The position numbers were made by a program, and so were the translations under genes. DNA of 63,619 bases, counting the filler, from Octopus bimaculoides (Eukaryota), in the NCBI RefSeq assembly GCF_001194135.2. It is 7 parts of 7 records of this genome, joined end to end, with 100 filler letters (N's around TTAATTAATTAA, not from the genome) between each part and the next. Parts side by side here need not be neighbours in the genome. Positions count along the whole stretch, not along the records: positions 1 to 9,788 come from NC_068983.1; positions 9,889 to 32,986 come from NC_069003.1; 5 more parts are not named here. The stretch is one strand, 5' to 3'. Shown in pieces: positions 1-12,410 of the stretch. The notes beneath the pieces are model-generated. The model was not told the DNA's origin. It did no database searches and was given only the letters and a program-made list of their open reading frames with translations. Within the stretch, counting starts at the first letter, position 1; every line of letters starts with the position of its first letter.

Positions 1-191
1 GGTATGCGTATATCTTGACGAACCGGTGTTGTTTAGTTTACCTCCCTGTTGCTTACCGGTTCTGGAAAGACACCGACAGAATGAGTACCAGATTTAAAAA
101 GATAAGTCCTGGGGTTGATTTGTTAGACTAAACCCATCAAGGCGGTGTCCCAGTATGGCCGCTGTCCAGTGATTGAAACGAGTAAAAAATA
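1..191 (+). mobile_element. SINE family B, 3' part
   Basis: gataagtcctggggttgatttg...aaggcggtgtcccagtatggccgc...gattgaaacgagtaaaa matches the 3' tail of the copies at 21028, 25082 and 39815. Confidence 0.75.
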
Positions 192-731
192 TTTGAGGAA
201 TTTTGGTATTATTTCCATTCAGGCTAGTAACCACGCTCCTTGATGTTTATTCTGCTGAGCAGCTCTGTTCACACACGATGAAAGCAGAACTATTCTATGA
301 CTAAAGACATTCTAGCTGTGATCAGCACGTCTCAGTACTGAACGTTGGCCATAGAATATAGACAACGAAGTTCAGTTCTTGCATTATGCGAATCCCATGA
401 CTTCTACGCACTTAGTCCTGAGGTATTCAGCTATATCACACAACGTTAAGATAACTATATTTATAGTAGATTTAGCTAGGATGATGAATGACATATCTTC
501 CATATGCAAACCCTGTGAAATAAGGAAACATGCACAGGACTCCATACACCACATGCAATTTTCAGGCCACAACCAAGTCAGAATCAGAATGTTCAATGAG
601 GAACTGAAAAAATTAGAGAAAAAATAATCACAAATGAGGCTCGCTCTAGATACCGTAATATACTATGGAATAGGCTACAAAAAAGTTCTCTATCTGATGA
701 GAGATAAATATTATTATTTAAAGGTCACAAT

Positions 732-816
732 ACATGTATTAAAGCGCTACTAATAGTTCCATTAGTTTCATATGTTGAGAGAACTCAAACATATTCTTCA
801 GGCGCAAACGACATAT
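732..816 (-). ncRNA. Type I hammerhead ribozyme candidate (left arm of palindrome)
   Basis: Minus strand reads GCGC-CUGAAGA-AUAUGUUUGAG/UUCU/CUCAACAUAU-GAA-ACUAAU/GGAACU/AUUAGU-A-GCGC. It has a 4-bp proximal helix I, 10-bp helix II with one bulge, 6-bp helix III, GUA triplet (cut between 748 and 747) and distal helix I AUAUGU/ACAUGU. Confidence 0.8.
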
Positions 817-829
817 CATTTAGTTCGTT

Positions 830-905
830 ATATGTGGTTTGCGCCTGAAGAATATGTTTGAGTTCCCTCAACATATGAAACTATTAGTAGCGCTTTAACA
901 AATGT
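830..905 (+). ncRNA. Type I hammerhead ribozyme candidate (right arm of palindrome)
   Basis: GCGC(841-844)-CUGAAGA(845-851)-helix II 852-862/867-876-GAAA(877-880)-helix III ACU/AGU with 3-nt loop-GUA (cut after 889)-GCGC(890-893). Confidence 0.75.
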
Positions 906-1831
906 ATTGTGACCTTTAAATAATTATATATATATATACATACACACAAACGCATACACACACATATGTACTATATATGTTGATATAGTAAGAATTTATA
1001 GGCTTTCAAGAGAACGTGAAAAACTCTTTAGCTGGAAGAGTGGATCTCCAAGCACGTGAAACTATAAATAATAGCATTTAAATATTGCATTGAAAATCCC
1101 TTTTGCATAGAAAACATAGAAGGTTACTTCTGTCTTATGTGCTTCGTGATCCATTGTTTAGAAAAACAAATATTTCACGCACACACGTGTAAGCAAATAG
1201 GTACATATTGTACTCTGACTTTTAACATACATACATGCTTCCGGTCACTAATCCTTTTCTTCCTTGGCTATCGCCGAGCAAACATGCGAACTTACTTCGT
1301 CCCCACTTTCAGTTCGTGCCTCACAGCGTTCATATACACATAATTTTTCACGTCTGGCCGCATAGCCTTTTCCGTTTGTTTTCCTGTCTTGTTTTTTGTC
1401 CGCCACTACATTCCTCCATAGCACAGGTTTAATTTGTGTATACAAATTTTAATTTACGGTCCATGGGAAGAGCCGTTTTAACGATGCGTCCTGCCCAACT
1501 CNNNNNNNNNNNNNNNNNNNNNNNNNNNNNNNNNNNNNNNNNNNNNNNNNNNNNNNNNNNNNNNNNNNNNNNNNNNNNNNNNNNNNNNNNNNNNNNNNNN
1601 NNNNNNNNNNNNNNNNNNNNNNNNNNNNNNNNNNNNNNNNNNNNNNNNNNNNNNNNNNNNNNNNNNNNNNNNNNNNNNNNNNNNNNNNNNNNNNNNNNNN
1701 NNNNNNNNNNNNNNNNNNNNNNNNNNNNNNNNNNNATATATATACATAAGTAAACAAACAAAGTTTTTTTGAAGCGTTGAGACGTATAGAAAGATACAGA
1801 AATTATTATTTTTTTTTATTCTCAAACGCGT

Positions 1832-1873
1832 GATAATGCCAATAAATAGCGTACGCTATTTATTAGCATTATC
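1832..1873. repeat. Spacerless 42-bp palindrome
   Basis: gataatgccaataaatagcgt|acgctatttattagcattatc, 20/21 pairs. Confidence 0.9.
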
Positions 1874-2189
1874 GGATCACTTGCGTGAGCGCGAATCCGA
1901 TTGGTTCTCTTCAGTTGAATCTACCATTGACAGCGAAATTTTAAAATATTCACTACATCTACGCCTGTTTACTCAGCTGAAATTCCAAGCTAAAATCAGA
2001 ACCAAGATCAGTGAAAAGATAGGCAAGAAATATAAATATCACTAAAAATAATATTACTATCCAGCAAGAATAAAGCACCAAAAAGGTAGAATGATATATT
2101 ATATAAAAGATCGTGGGTAAGGCCAAAACAATGAGAAGTAAATTGAAGGTAAATCACAAGAAAACAAATATGTGAATTAATGTAGATTT

Positions 2190-3630
2190 ACCTTGTATTC
2201 AATATTTCGGGGTTATGACCCCATTTTCATGAAATTGACGAATGTTACCGATGTGCGTGTGTGTGAGCGTGTGCGGAGTGGACATGCGCGGAAGGGTATT
2301 ACTATAGCAACCAGCTAGCTTCCTGTAACTCCCCTCTATTGCTGATCTTGGGTTTCTTTTGGTATATGAGGATGGCCTCAGAGATTCTAAGGTTGCCCCT
2401 GTTCCGCTGTGTTGCCTTGATGTGCACTGTGAATTCCTGGGTCTGGCATTTCCGTAGATGTTTCTTCACGGAAGTATCTGCCTACATGTATTCCTTAATG
2501 CGTACATGCAGTTTTCTTGTACTTCCGATGTAGGATGCGCCACATTTTCCATAGATAATCTCATATACGACATAGGTCCTCTGGCACAAATCAGGGTCAT
2601 TGACTGGGCAGTTTGACAATGTGCAGTCCTCAGAGTAGTGAGAGGTATTGTTCTTAGACAGAGCTCTTCTCAGGGAAGGGCCGGTGTGCACTATCTGTAT
2701 GTCGAGTCCTTCCCTGCAGACTGCGTGTTGTATCGCTACAGTAGTTATGTCGTCAAATTGTGGTAGCTTTAGGAAGCACGTGCCGGACTTGGGAGTATGC
2801 TGGTTCTTCCGGGGTTTATTGACCTTGATGTTCTTCAGGCGCCGTTGTTTAGCTAAAGATGGTGGGTAGCCATTCATGGTTAGATCTCTGGGGAACTGCT
2901 TCGTGTTGACGGCTTTGTCAGCCACGTTGCTGCAATTGTTGTTTATACGTGCAATCTCGTTTCTCACGTATGCAGCTTCGGCTCTGGTGGGCAAAGCTGA
3001 TTGGTAGTGGACGAAAAGTTTTCAATTAGCGGCTTTTCTATAGAATTTGCTAAATATGGAGCCTTCCTCTGTGATCTTGAGCTGGAAGTCGAGTAGAGAG
3101 AGGGTTCCAGATCCACCTGAAAGTTCAATCACGAATTTGATGTTTATGACGATGTTATTGAAGGTCCGGTATATGATAATGGCCTCATCCCTGGAGGACA
3201 TCATGATAAGGATGTCATCAACGTACCTGGAGAAGAAGATGCATGAGCGGCTGGTGTTGACTGCTGTGCGTTCTAGCTTATCCATGCACGTGATGGCCAG
3301 CAGGCCTGAAAGGCTAGATCCCAAAGGTAGGCCGGAAGTCTGTTTGTAAATCACACCGTTATATGGAAAGTAGGTGTTACCAACTATTATGGTTAGTAAC
3401 TCTCGTATGTCCGAAGATGTGAGGCCGAACGGCTGGAGGTCGATGGCTGGGAAGGTGGGAGAAGATGAAAGGGAAGATAGGGATGAGGAAGTTGAAGAGG
3501 AGGGAGGTGGTGGGCAAGGAGGTGTGGGGGGGAGATAAGGACGTGATGTGGTCTATGAGGATATCAACGGCCGGGAGAACGGGTACAGAGATGTAAAGGG
3601 AAACTACGTCTAAACTAAAAAAGTATTTGT
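2190..3630 (-). mobile_element. Penelope-like retroelement, 5'-truncated and degenerate (RT + GIY-YIG endonuclease)
   Basis: Minus-strand translation gives FFSLDVVSLYISVP (about 3575-3620), NTYFPYNGVIYKQTSGLPLGSSLS, FFSRYVDDI, LDFQL, NGYPP and YVVYEIIYGKCGASYIGST..LHVRIKE. This is the PLE RT followed by GIY-YIG. Confidence 0.92.
2191..2235 (-). ncRNA. Degenerate hammerhead-like motif at the Penelope 3' end
   Basis: Minus strand: ...CAUGAAAAU-GGGGU/CAUA/ACCCC-GAAA-UAUUGAAUA. Helix II and GAAA are intact, the CUGANGA core is broken. The position fits a PLE terminal repeat. Confidence 0.4.
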
Positions 3631-3660
3631 TAGAATTATATATATATATATATATATATA

Positions 3661-4369
3661 CTAGCAGCTAAGCCCGGTTTCACTCGGTCGGTTAGGATGA
3701 TGTGGCTGTAAAACCTGCTCTGTGTAAGCATTCGACTTGTTTGGGCATGCTTACATTAAAAAACAATTTTAGAATGACCTTTTTCTGTTAAAATGCTAAA
3801 AATAACTGACCAACAAAAAGACCAACCAAGACTCAACCATATCAAAACAATAAATCCAAATACTAAGCGAACAAAGATGAACCATTCCACTTCCATTGCG
3901 CGCGCACACGCACATACACACACGCGCGCACACACATTCACATACCCCTCCTTTTACATACGCACTTATATTCACACAGAGTTGAAACAATTTATTTTTC
4001 AACGTACAATTTTCATCATCCCACTACCAAGTATGACAATACCCCTTCCTTCCTTATTCACTATCACCCCAACCTTTCTCCTTCATAAACACAAGAGTAT
4101 TATTATAGTAGATTATCTCGGTAACCATGGGAGCTATGGTTCCTTCCTCAATCATCTATCAACTCTTCCTTTCTCATTCATAAACACAAGAGTATTATTA
4201 TAGTAGATTATCTTGGTAACCATGGGAGCTATGAAAAAACCACAAAGCCCAGCAACACCACTGGATCATTCTACACATCTGTGTAATTTTTCGCGCAATT
4301 CCACCCCGTCGTTTGACCATGAATCCCAAGACAAGGAAGACTCGCCCATATCAAATGTATATGTATAGA
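3661..4369 (-). mobile_element. Non-autonomous Helitron-like element
   Basis: On the minus strand it starts TC (4369-4368) after an A and ends CTAG (3664-3661) before a T. A GC hairpin (ccgg..tcgg, 3674-3687) lies just inside the 3' end. There is no TSD, and an internal 95-bp-period duplication at about 4084/4179. Confidence 0.6.
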
Positions 4370-4381
4370 TATACATATTTA

Positions 4382-4430
4382 CTTGGAAATGGATGCGTGG
4401 CGTTCAATCAAATAATAATATAAATAATAT
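4382..4430 (+). mobile_element. Short 3' tail of the L1/Tx1-like family
   Basis: cttggaaatggatgcgtggcgttcaatcaaataataa matches 55942-55980. Confidence 0.75.
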
Positions 4431-4557
4431 NNNNNNNNNNNNNNNNNNNNNNNNNNNNNNNNNNNNNNNNNNNNNNNNNNNNNNNNNNNNNNNNNNNNNN
4501 NNNNNNNNNNNNNNNNNNNNNNNNNNNNNNNNNNNNNNNNNNNNNNNNNNNNNNNNN

Positions 4558-5040
4558 GAAAACAAATGAGTTCAATACGCAAACAACGAGAGAAACAAAT
4601 GGAAAACAGGACAAGTAACATAAAGAACGTCCCTTTATCAGTTGTCGGCTCTCTAACTACTCCTCATTTCAAGCATTGAACGACAATATGAGTCTTCGAA
4701 GACAGTTGCTCCCATAAGTACCAAAATAAAATTTGAGATTTATGGAGGGTCAAAGTTGGGAACAAAAGCAGGACAGTGGAAACATACAAGGAAACCGAAC
4801 GAAAACAAACATGGAGGGTCGTTAGAGCAGAACGAGGGTAAAATAGCGAACGCTGGAGAAATATTTTCTTTAACAAGAGAAAGGATAGAAGAGAGATATA
4901 GAATACGTCTAGTCCTTAAGACAGCCCTGAAGGGAAAGAAAGATGATCGCGTGAGGAAAAGAAAGATGATCGCGTGAGGAAAAGAAAGATGGACGATGGT
5001 CACGTGTGAGCAATGAGAGAGAGTAAAGGAGAAAGAGGGG
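4558..5040 (+). repeat. Single-arm copy of the foldback repeat at 56339-57498
   Basis: Colinear with 56375-56820 (gaaaacaaa.gagtt...gagtcttcgaagacagttg...atacaaggaaaccgaacgaaaacaaacatggagggtc). Confidence 0.85.
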
Positions 5041-5617
5041 AGAGAGAGACAGATGTGTGTATATATGTATGTGTGCATATACATGCGTACGTATGTTTAT
5101 GTACGTATATATAAGCATACAAGCATGCATATGTATGTGTCGAGTGTCTTTGTGAATGTGCATAGATAGATAGATAGATAGATTTCTGCATATACATACA
5201 GAGTATGAGACAAAAAGCGTATGTGAGATTGAGTGAGTGAGAGAGGGAGGGAGGGAGAGAGAGAGAGAGAGAGAGAGAGTGAGTGAGAAGGAGAGAGAGA
5301 GTGAGTGAGAGAGAGAAGGAGAGAGAGAACGAGGAATATGGGGTGACGATGTTGGGGCAGACCATTAAGGTTGACATGAATAACATTCTTTCTTTGCTAA
5401 AACAGTTATTTATTGTCGTGACCTGTAAGACATGCCACAGCTGTAGGCGGCACTCATGAAATGTTTCTGTGTAAGGCTATGGGGCTCAACTATGAATTTA
5501 TGACTTGCCACACGGCAGCTGCTAACTAATCACGCTTAACAACACCACACCTTAAACTATTTCATTTAGGCTGCGCTCCTTACCAGCATCATATTTTATC
5601 TTCTCTCGCTTGTCTTT

Positions 5618-5672
5618 CATTTGTTTCAGTCATTGGACTGTGACCATGCTGGGGCACAGCCTTGATGGTATT
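5618..5672 (-). mobile_element. SINE family B 3' fragment
   Basis: ttgtttcagtcattggactgtgaccatgctggggcacagcctt is the reverse complement of the family B tail. Confidence 0.6.
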
Positions 5673-5960
5673 TGGGGTTTTGTTGAAGTAATTATTTCTT
5701 NNNNNNNNNNACACACATATATATATACACAACAGATTTCTTTTAGTTTCCATTTACAAGGCTTGGTTTTCCGGGGATATTGTGGTAAAACAACTTACCG
5801 AAGGTGCCGCTACCGGTGTTTTTTGCCGAACCATTAGATAACGGGACAAACGATGGAGAGATAAACACAGACAGAGACACATACACATATATACATACAC
5901 ACATACATTTGTGTGTGTATGTACGTGAGAGTGTGCATGTGTGTGCGTGTGAGCGCGCGC

Positions 5961-6009
<49 letters not shown>

Positions 6010-6273
6010 CGCCATGAAAGATCGCTAGCNNNNNNNNNNNNNNNNNNNNNNNNNNNNNNNNNNNNNNNNNNNNNNNNNNNNNNNNNNNNNNNNNNNNNNN
6101 NNNNNNNNNNNNNNNNNNNNNNNNNNNNNNNNNNNNNNNNNNNNNNNNNNNNNNNNNNNNNNNNNNNNNNNNNNNNNNNNNNNNNNNNNNNNNNNNNNNN
6201 NNNNNNNNNNNNNNNNNNNNNNNNNNNNNNNNNNNNNNNNNNNNNNNNNNATATATGAAATAAAAGCAGCTCT

Positions 6274-6382
6274 TGTATATGCTTTGTGTATTTTCCAGTG
6301 GCCGCAATAGCGTAATAATGGCTAGAGTGTATATACACCGCCACGCTATTGCAGCCACCGGAAAATACACAAAGTATATACA
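6274..6382. repeat. Hairpin/foldback, 40-bp arms, 29-nt loop
   Basis: 6274-6313 pairs with 6343-6382 at 37/40. The loop contains the palindrome gtgtatatacac. Confidence 0.85.
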
Positions 6383-6390
6383 TACATATA

Positions 6391-6602
6391 CGTGGTCTGA
6401 TCAATAAGTATCCGGACTGTTGCCATAATAACAAAGCTAAAGCACGCAGTGTAAAGCCACTTGGCCACTTGGAAGTGAGTTAGAACGTTAAAACTTAGTG
6501 CGCATGCACAGCAGAGTTCAAGGTCAATCTTTCCCAAGCGGCTTCACTCTGCATGCTTTAGCTTGGTTACTATGGCAAAAGTCCGGATACTTATTGATCA
6601 GA
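6391..6602. mobile_element. Mariner-type MITE
   Basis: TA then cgtggtctgatcaataagtatccggactgttgccata. The right end tatggcaaaagtccggatacttattgatcaga matches at 31/32, with weaker pairing to about 70 bp. The outermost bases of the right TIR are missing. Confidence 0.75.
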
Positions 6603-6627
6603 ATTAGAATCTCTCTCTCTCTCTTTC

Positions 6628-6668
<41 letters not shown>

Positions 6669-6693
6669 TTATCTAGCTAGCTAGCTAGCTATA

Positions 6694-6853
6694 CTGTTTC
6701 TTCATTTGACTGCAGCCATGCTGCAGCTTCGCCTTTAATCGAGCAAATCGATCCCAGGACTTATTCTTTGTAAGCCTTGTACGTATTCTATCGAATGCGC
6801 TTGCCGAACCGCTAGGTTACGGGGACGTAAACACGCCAACATCGATTGTCAAG
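6694..6853 (-). mobile_element. SINE family B 3' half
   Basis: catttgactgcagccatgctg...gacttattctttgtaagcc...ccgaaccgctaggttacggggacgtaaacac. Confidence 0.8.
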
Positions 6854-7094
6854 CTAATCTTCGGCGTTCTTCTATTAAATATTCTGTAAAACTTATGGTT
6901 ACGTTGAAAATGTTTAGAGACTAATTTTAGGAATTCCCTACCTATATTAGTTTTTACGGCCATATTAAAAGCTGGGTTGAACCACGAAACCCTCCTCCTT
7001 CTAGTTCTACGTGTGGTATTACTGCTAGCATTAACTTGGTTATACTGGATCTTCTCAGAGAATCCCCTATTCCTTAATGCGTTATTGTAACAGG

Positions 7095-7336
7095 GTGCAG
7101 CAAGTCAGTAATAGATTGGTTTAAAGGGATTAGCCATAAGCATAACTGCAAATTTGCACAGTTTGATATTGTTAACTAGGAGGGTTTTCTGGATAATATC
7201 GGTGGCGTGGAGAGGTGAGGCTGGTATGCATGGGCAACTGTTGGTCTTCCATAAATAACCTTGTCCGGACTTATGCCTCGGAAGGTAGCTTTTTAGGTGC
7301 AATTCCATGGTCATTCATGACAAGAGGGAGTCACCC
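7095..7336 (-). mobile_element. Possible RTE-type LINE 5' region or derived repeat
   Basis: Minus strand ggttatttatggaagaccaacagttgcccatgcataccagcctcacctctccacgccaccgat resembles RTE 5' regions as I recall them. Not verified. Confidence 0.35.
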
Positions 7337-8117
7337 AATACATATACATACATACATACATATATATATATATATATCAAACAATAAGCAACACGGATTT
7401 CATGTCAAGATGGACTTATATATTCTTCCTCTGCTCTCTCCCACTTGGTTTTAATATGTTGCCACATTTGTAATATGTCTTTTTCTCTACATTTTTTCGT
7501 GCAGCTGAAGATTGCTCTTCATATTGCATTTAAGGTAATGCTCACATTACTTAAATAAATTGAAGTAGCATGAAACGTGCGTACTGNNNNNNNNNNNNNN
7601 NNNNNNNNNNNNNNNNNNNNNNNNNNNNNNNNNNNNNNNNNNNNNNNNNNNNNNNNNNNNNNNNNNNNNNNNNNNNNNNNNNNNNNNNNNNNNNNNNNNN
7701 NNNNNNNNNNNNNNNNNNNNNNNNNNNNNNNNNNNNNNNNNNNNNNNNNNNNNNNNNNNNNNNNNNNNNNNNNNNNNNNNNNNNNNNNNNNNNNNNNNNN
7801 NNNNNNNNNNNNNNNNNNNNNNNNNNNNNNNNNNNNNNNNNNNNNNNNNNNNNNNNNNNNNNNNNNNNNNNNNNNNNNNNNNNNNNNNNNNNNNNNNNNN
7901 NNNNNNNNNNNNNNNNNNNNNNNNNNNNNNNNNNNNNNNNNNNNNNNNNNNNNNNNNNNNNNNNNNNNNNNNNNNNNNNNNNNNNNNNNNNNNNNNNNNN
8001 NNNNNNNNNNNNNNNNNNNNNNNNNNNNNNNNNNNNNNNNNNNNNNNNNNNNNNNNNNNNNNNNNNNNNNNNNNNNNNNNNNNNNNNNNNNNNNNNNNNN
8101 NNNNNNNNNNNNNNNNN

Positions 8118-8166
<49 letters not shown>

Positions 8167-9295
8167 CAAACAAGAAGGAGGGGAAAAAGAGTACTTAATA
8201 GTGAAAGAACATTCACACACACACACATATTTTTCATGTGTGTGTGTGTTTATAAATAGGTGCGTGTGAAGTATATAGACAGAGACAGTGGTAGATAGAT
8301 ATACTGACAGATATACAGAAATTAGAAAACGTCGATTACACGTTTGTTATAAATTAATGCAACTCTCTCGCACCGTATCCTCTCTTAATAGAACGCAATA
8401 TAATGTTGAATATCTGGGTATTTATTTGGAAGAAAGGATATAAACGATATTCTAACAGCAGATAGTTTCTGTCACCGGTGTCATTTAAACTGTGTTCGGC
8501 GATCTTTCCGACTGTAAAATCTGTCTCCAAATTAAATGGCTTTACAAGAGGAAGAGATGATGATAGAAACGAAAAGATAGGCAAATAATGTCGGTCAGTG
8601 CCTGGGGATTACACTTTCATGGAGGAGGGAGATGAAGAAGAAGATTAGGAAAAGGAAGAAGTACTGAAGATTAAATTCTTTGTTCCGATTACATTTACAG
8701 TGCAGTCGCAAGACTTTTTGGCGTCTATGAGAAAGGTGGTTTGCTGCCGGGAGGTCAAAACACAAATACTTTATCGGTTGTTCAGTGATGTAGGTGCCGT
8801 CGTTCGGAAAAAACCAACAAACCGTGAAACAGGCAGAGAAAGAATATAACTTACTATATTTTGTTGCGATTATACATAGGTAATTAATTAAATCCAACTT
8901 TAATTATTAATAAAAGCCGTGCTGGTGGGATAAATAAATTTATTAAACATATGCATGAAAATCTTTCTTGTTCAATAATAATATTAGATTCCTCGTGTCT
9001 CTGGTTCCAGTCTGTCTCTTAATTTCTTTTTTCATGTAAAAGACAAATTTGTCAATAACAATTACAAAGACAAAATTGTTGTTTCTGTTATTATTATTAT
9101 TATCGCTGTTGCTATCGGTGTTGGTTCTATAGTTCCGTGCTTCTAAAAACTGATTTCTTTTTTAACTATTGCATCTTTTACTAACATGTTTTGCTATGAT
9201 TCAACGTCCACCCATTTTTAATGTACGAATGCTTTAGTTCATGGAACTAGTTTGACACGAGTGACTACTTACTGTAACATGACGTTACTGTAAAC

Positions 9296-9584
9296 CAGTG
9301 GTTCTATAATTTTTCACGTCTGAGACGCTCCAGGGTATTGCCGTGACCCCTATAATAAATTTTGTAATGGTCTTGGAACGCAAAGCGCCATGGGAGTCAC
9401 GGAGCAGGAGCGAAGCACATACAGTCATGATATCGCTAGCAGATGACTCTGCAATACAACTGCAATGCAATACCTCAAATACATGAATAAATTACTTTCT
9501 CCCAAACCTTCCGTGATTCCACCCCCGAGAAAGCCCAAACGACCCGAACCCCAGGGGCCACAGCTCCCAGGTTAAGAACCGCTA
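9296..9584. mobile_element. hAT-type MITE (289 bp) with 8-bp TSD
   Basis: TIRs cagtggttctataa / ttaagaaccgcta, flanked by identical ctgtaaac at 9288-9295 and 9585-9592. Confidence 0.85.
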
Positions 9585-9753
9585 CTGTAAACAAATACTA
9601 TAAGCATAGATGGCGTAGCTGGCTTTGCTTCTTTACTTATTCACATTTCGAAGTTGAAATTATCGTTGTTATTGTTACCGGCGTTGTTGTTATTGTAGAA
9701 GATTATGCTAATGCGTATTATATAATTATTTTTAAAGTTAATATTTAAGCAGA

Positions 9754-9788
9754 AGGCGGCGAGCTGGCAGAAACGTTAGCAACGCTGG
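9754..9788 (+). mobile_element. SINE family A head, cut by linker
   Basis: ggcggcgagctggcagaaacgttagc is an A-box-like tRNA head, also at 12411 and 38484. Confidence 0.6.
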
Positions 9789-9888
9789 NNNNNNNNNNNN
9801 NNNNNNNNNNNNNNNNNNNNNNNNNNNNNNNNTTAATTAATTAANNNNNNNNNNNNNNNNNNNNNNNNNNNNNNNNNNNNNNNNNNNN
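9789..9888. other. Artificial assembly linker 44N-TTAATTAATTAA-44N
   Basis: Identical 100-bp construct recurs six times. The 12-mer has stops in all six frames. Confidence 0.95.
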
Positions 9889-10755
<867 letters not shown>

Positions 10756-11722
10756 CGAATGAGTGTTTCTGTTATGAATTATCGTTTAAATATTTCTCGT
10801 TTAAATAGACTCCATAAAAAAGCAATAAATAGCGCTACGACGACGACGACGGCGGCGGCAACGGTGACATCATCATCATCATGAACAACAACAACAACAA
10901 CAACATCGTCTTTTGATGAAGAAGTTTAATGGCCATTTCGTTATCAAATTCGGTTGGTGGAACTGCACTAAGAAACATCGCCTTCATGCTCTTTATCGAG
11001 CAGAAGTAATGATTAAAAGCGTTCTAGCCGTGACCATCTATCCCATATTTTAATATATCAAGGCCCCAGGGAGTACAGTGTCAAGTGTATCTTTATTTAA
11101 GACGGTAAAATGTGATTTGAGAAAGATTTGGCTGCTATTTCTAGCAGATCGAGCAATCCCGTAAATTTTACCTCAGCAACTTTGTTTAACACCAAATTGA
11201 GCAGAACTATGATCAAAGACGTTCCAAATATGAACATTTCTGCTCTCTCAGTTATTAAGTGTCTTGGGCTACAATATCCCATGTGTCGTTCCTTCTTCAG
11301 GCTTGTAGGATGTAATTGGAGAGAGATTTGACTGTTATTTCCAACAGATCGGATGACTCTGTTGAGGTTTCTTTGATCACCTTCATGTTTGCTTAGCTCC
11401 AGTTGGATCCTAATTTAACAAATTTGCTATCAGAGACGCTCCAGTTATGCCCATCCCCGTTCTTTTCTCAGGCATTGTTTATCTAAGACTGCATCACCCC
11501 ATGTAGTATATCACGGTTAAACCATGATTCCAGGGAAAGACATAAATTGCAGCAGGTGTTGAAACTCCAGCTGGGCTGTTCATGAGTTTAATGGTACATG
11601 GAAGTACCCTTTAGTCACTCCCAGGTCCCCTCTGGCCCGAGAGCCTCAGTTATGAGTCCAGAAGCAGAAAGTGGTCTTGGAGGGAGCAGCTAGTCTTAAT
11701 GTAATTCTAAGACGAAATCAAT

Positions 11723-11756
<34 letters not shown>

Positions 11757-12410
11757 ATGCGTGCATACTATTAATTTTACTAATCGTATTTCTGTGGATT
11801 GTCTCCCTTGCCTTTTTTGAGCAGAATTAATCACTACAAGAATTATGAGGTTCACTCTTCAAGGCATTCTATTAATTATTTTGTAATCTTACTTCCGGAG
11901 GTTGTCTCCCCCATGATCCTTTGAACATAATCAGTCATTAAGATAATTGGTAATTCTCTCAGCGAGTGTAATTTTAATTATTTATGATCTCTTGTCTGAC
12001 TACACCAACTCTAACCACATAACCACTCAATTCCCTCCTCTGGAATTTTACCTCAATCCTTCTCTTTAGCAGACAAATACAGCAAGTTGATTGGGTCGAT
12101 CGCCCTGTGCCTCGCAGAAGTCAAGATCAACAAGTTGGCTGGATCGATCGCCCAATATCCCGCAGCAGTTAAGTAAAACATCATTCTGTAACCCGCATAA
12201 AATCTAATCTTGTGCAAAACTGAAAGAAAAAAGCTCTTTAGCAGAAGAGAGGATGTGAAGAATAATTACTTGTATAAGAAAAACAGAAGTTAAAAAAAGT
12301 ATTTAGGAACTATACACTATGTGTGTTGTTATAGAGCTTTTTCTGTTTTGTGGGGGTTTTTGTATTAGAAATATTTCACCAGTATTCCGTTAGTTTCTTC
12401 ATATTATAAA

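Larger units (their letters stand above)
713..924. repeat. Long inverted repeat (arms 713-816 and 830-924, 13-nt loop)
   Basis: Arms are reverse complements apart from about 4 substitutions and a 9-nt indel in helix III. Confidence 0.95.

Noticed and set aside
379-627. 82-aa ORF
   Set aside because: No ATG start, no known motif and no splice support
694-700. CTGATGA next to the palindrome
   Set aside because: No GAAA/UH half follows
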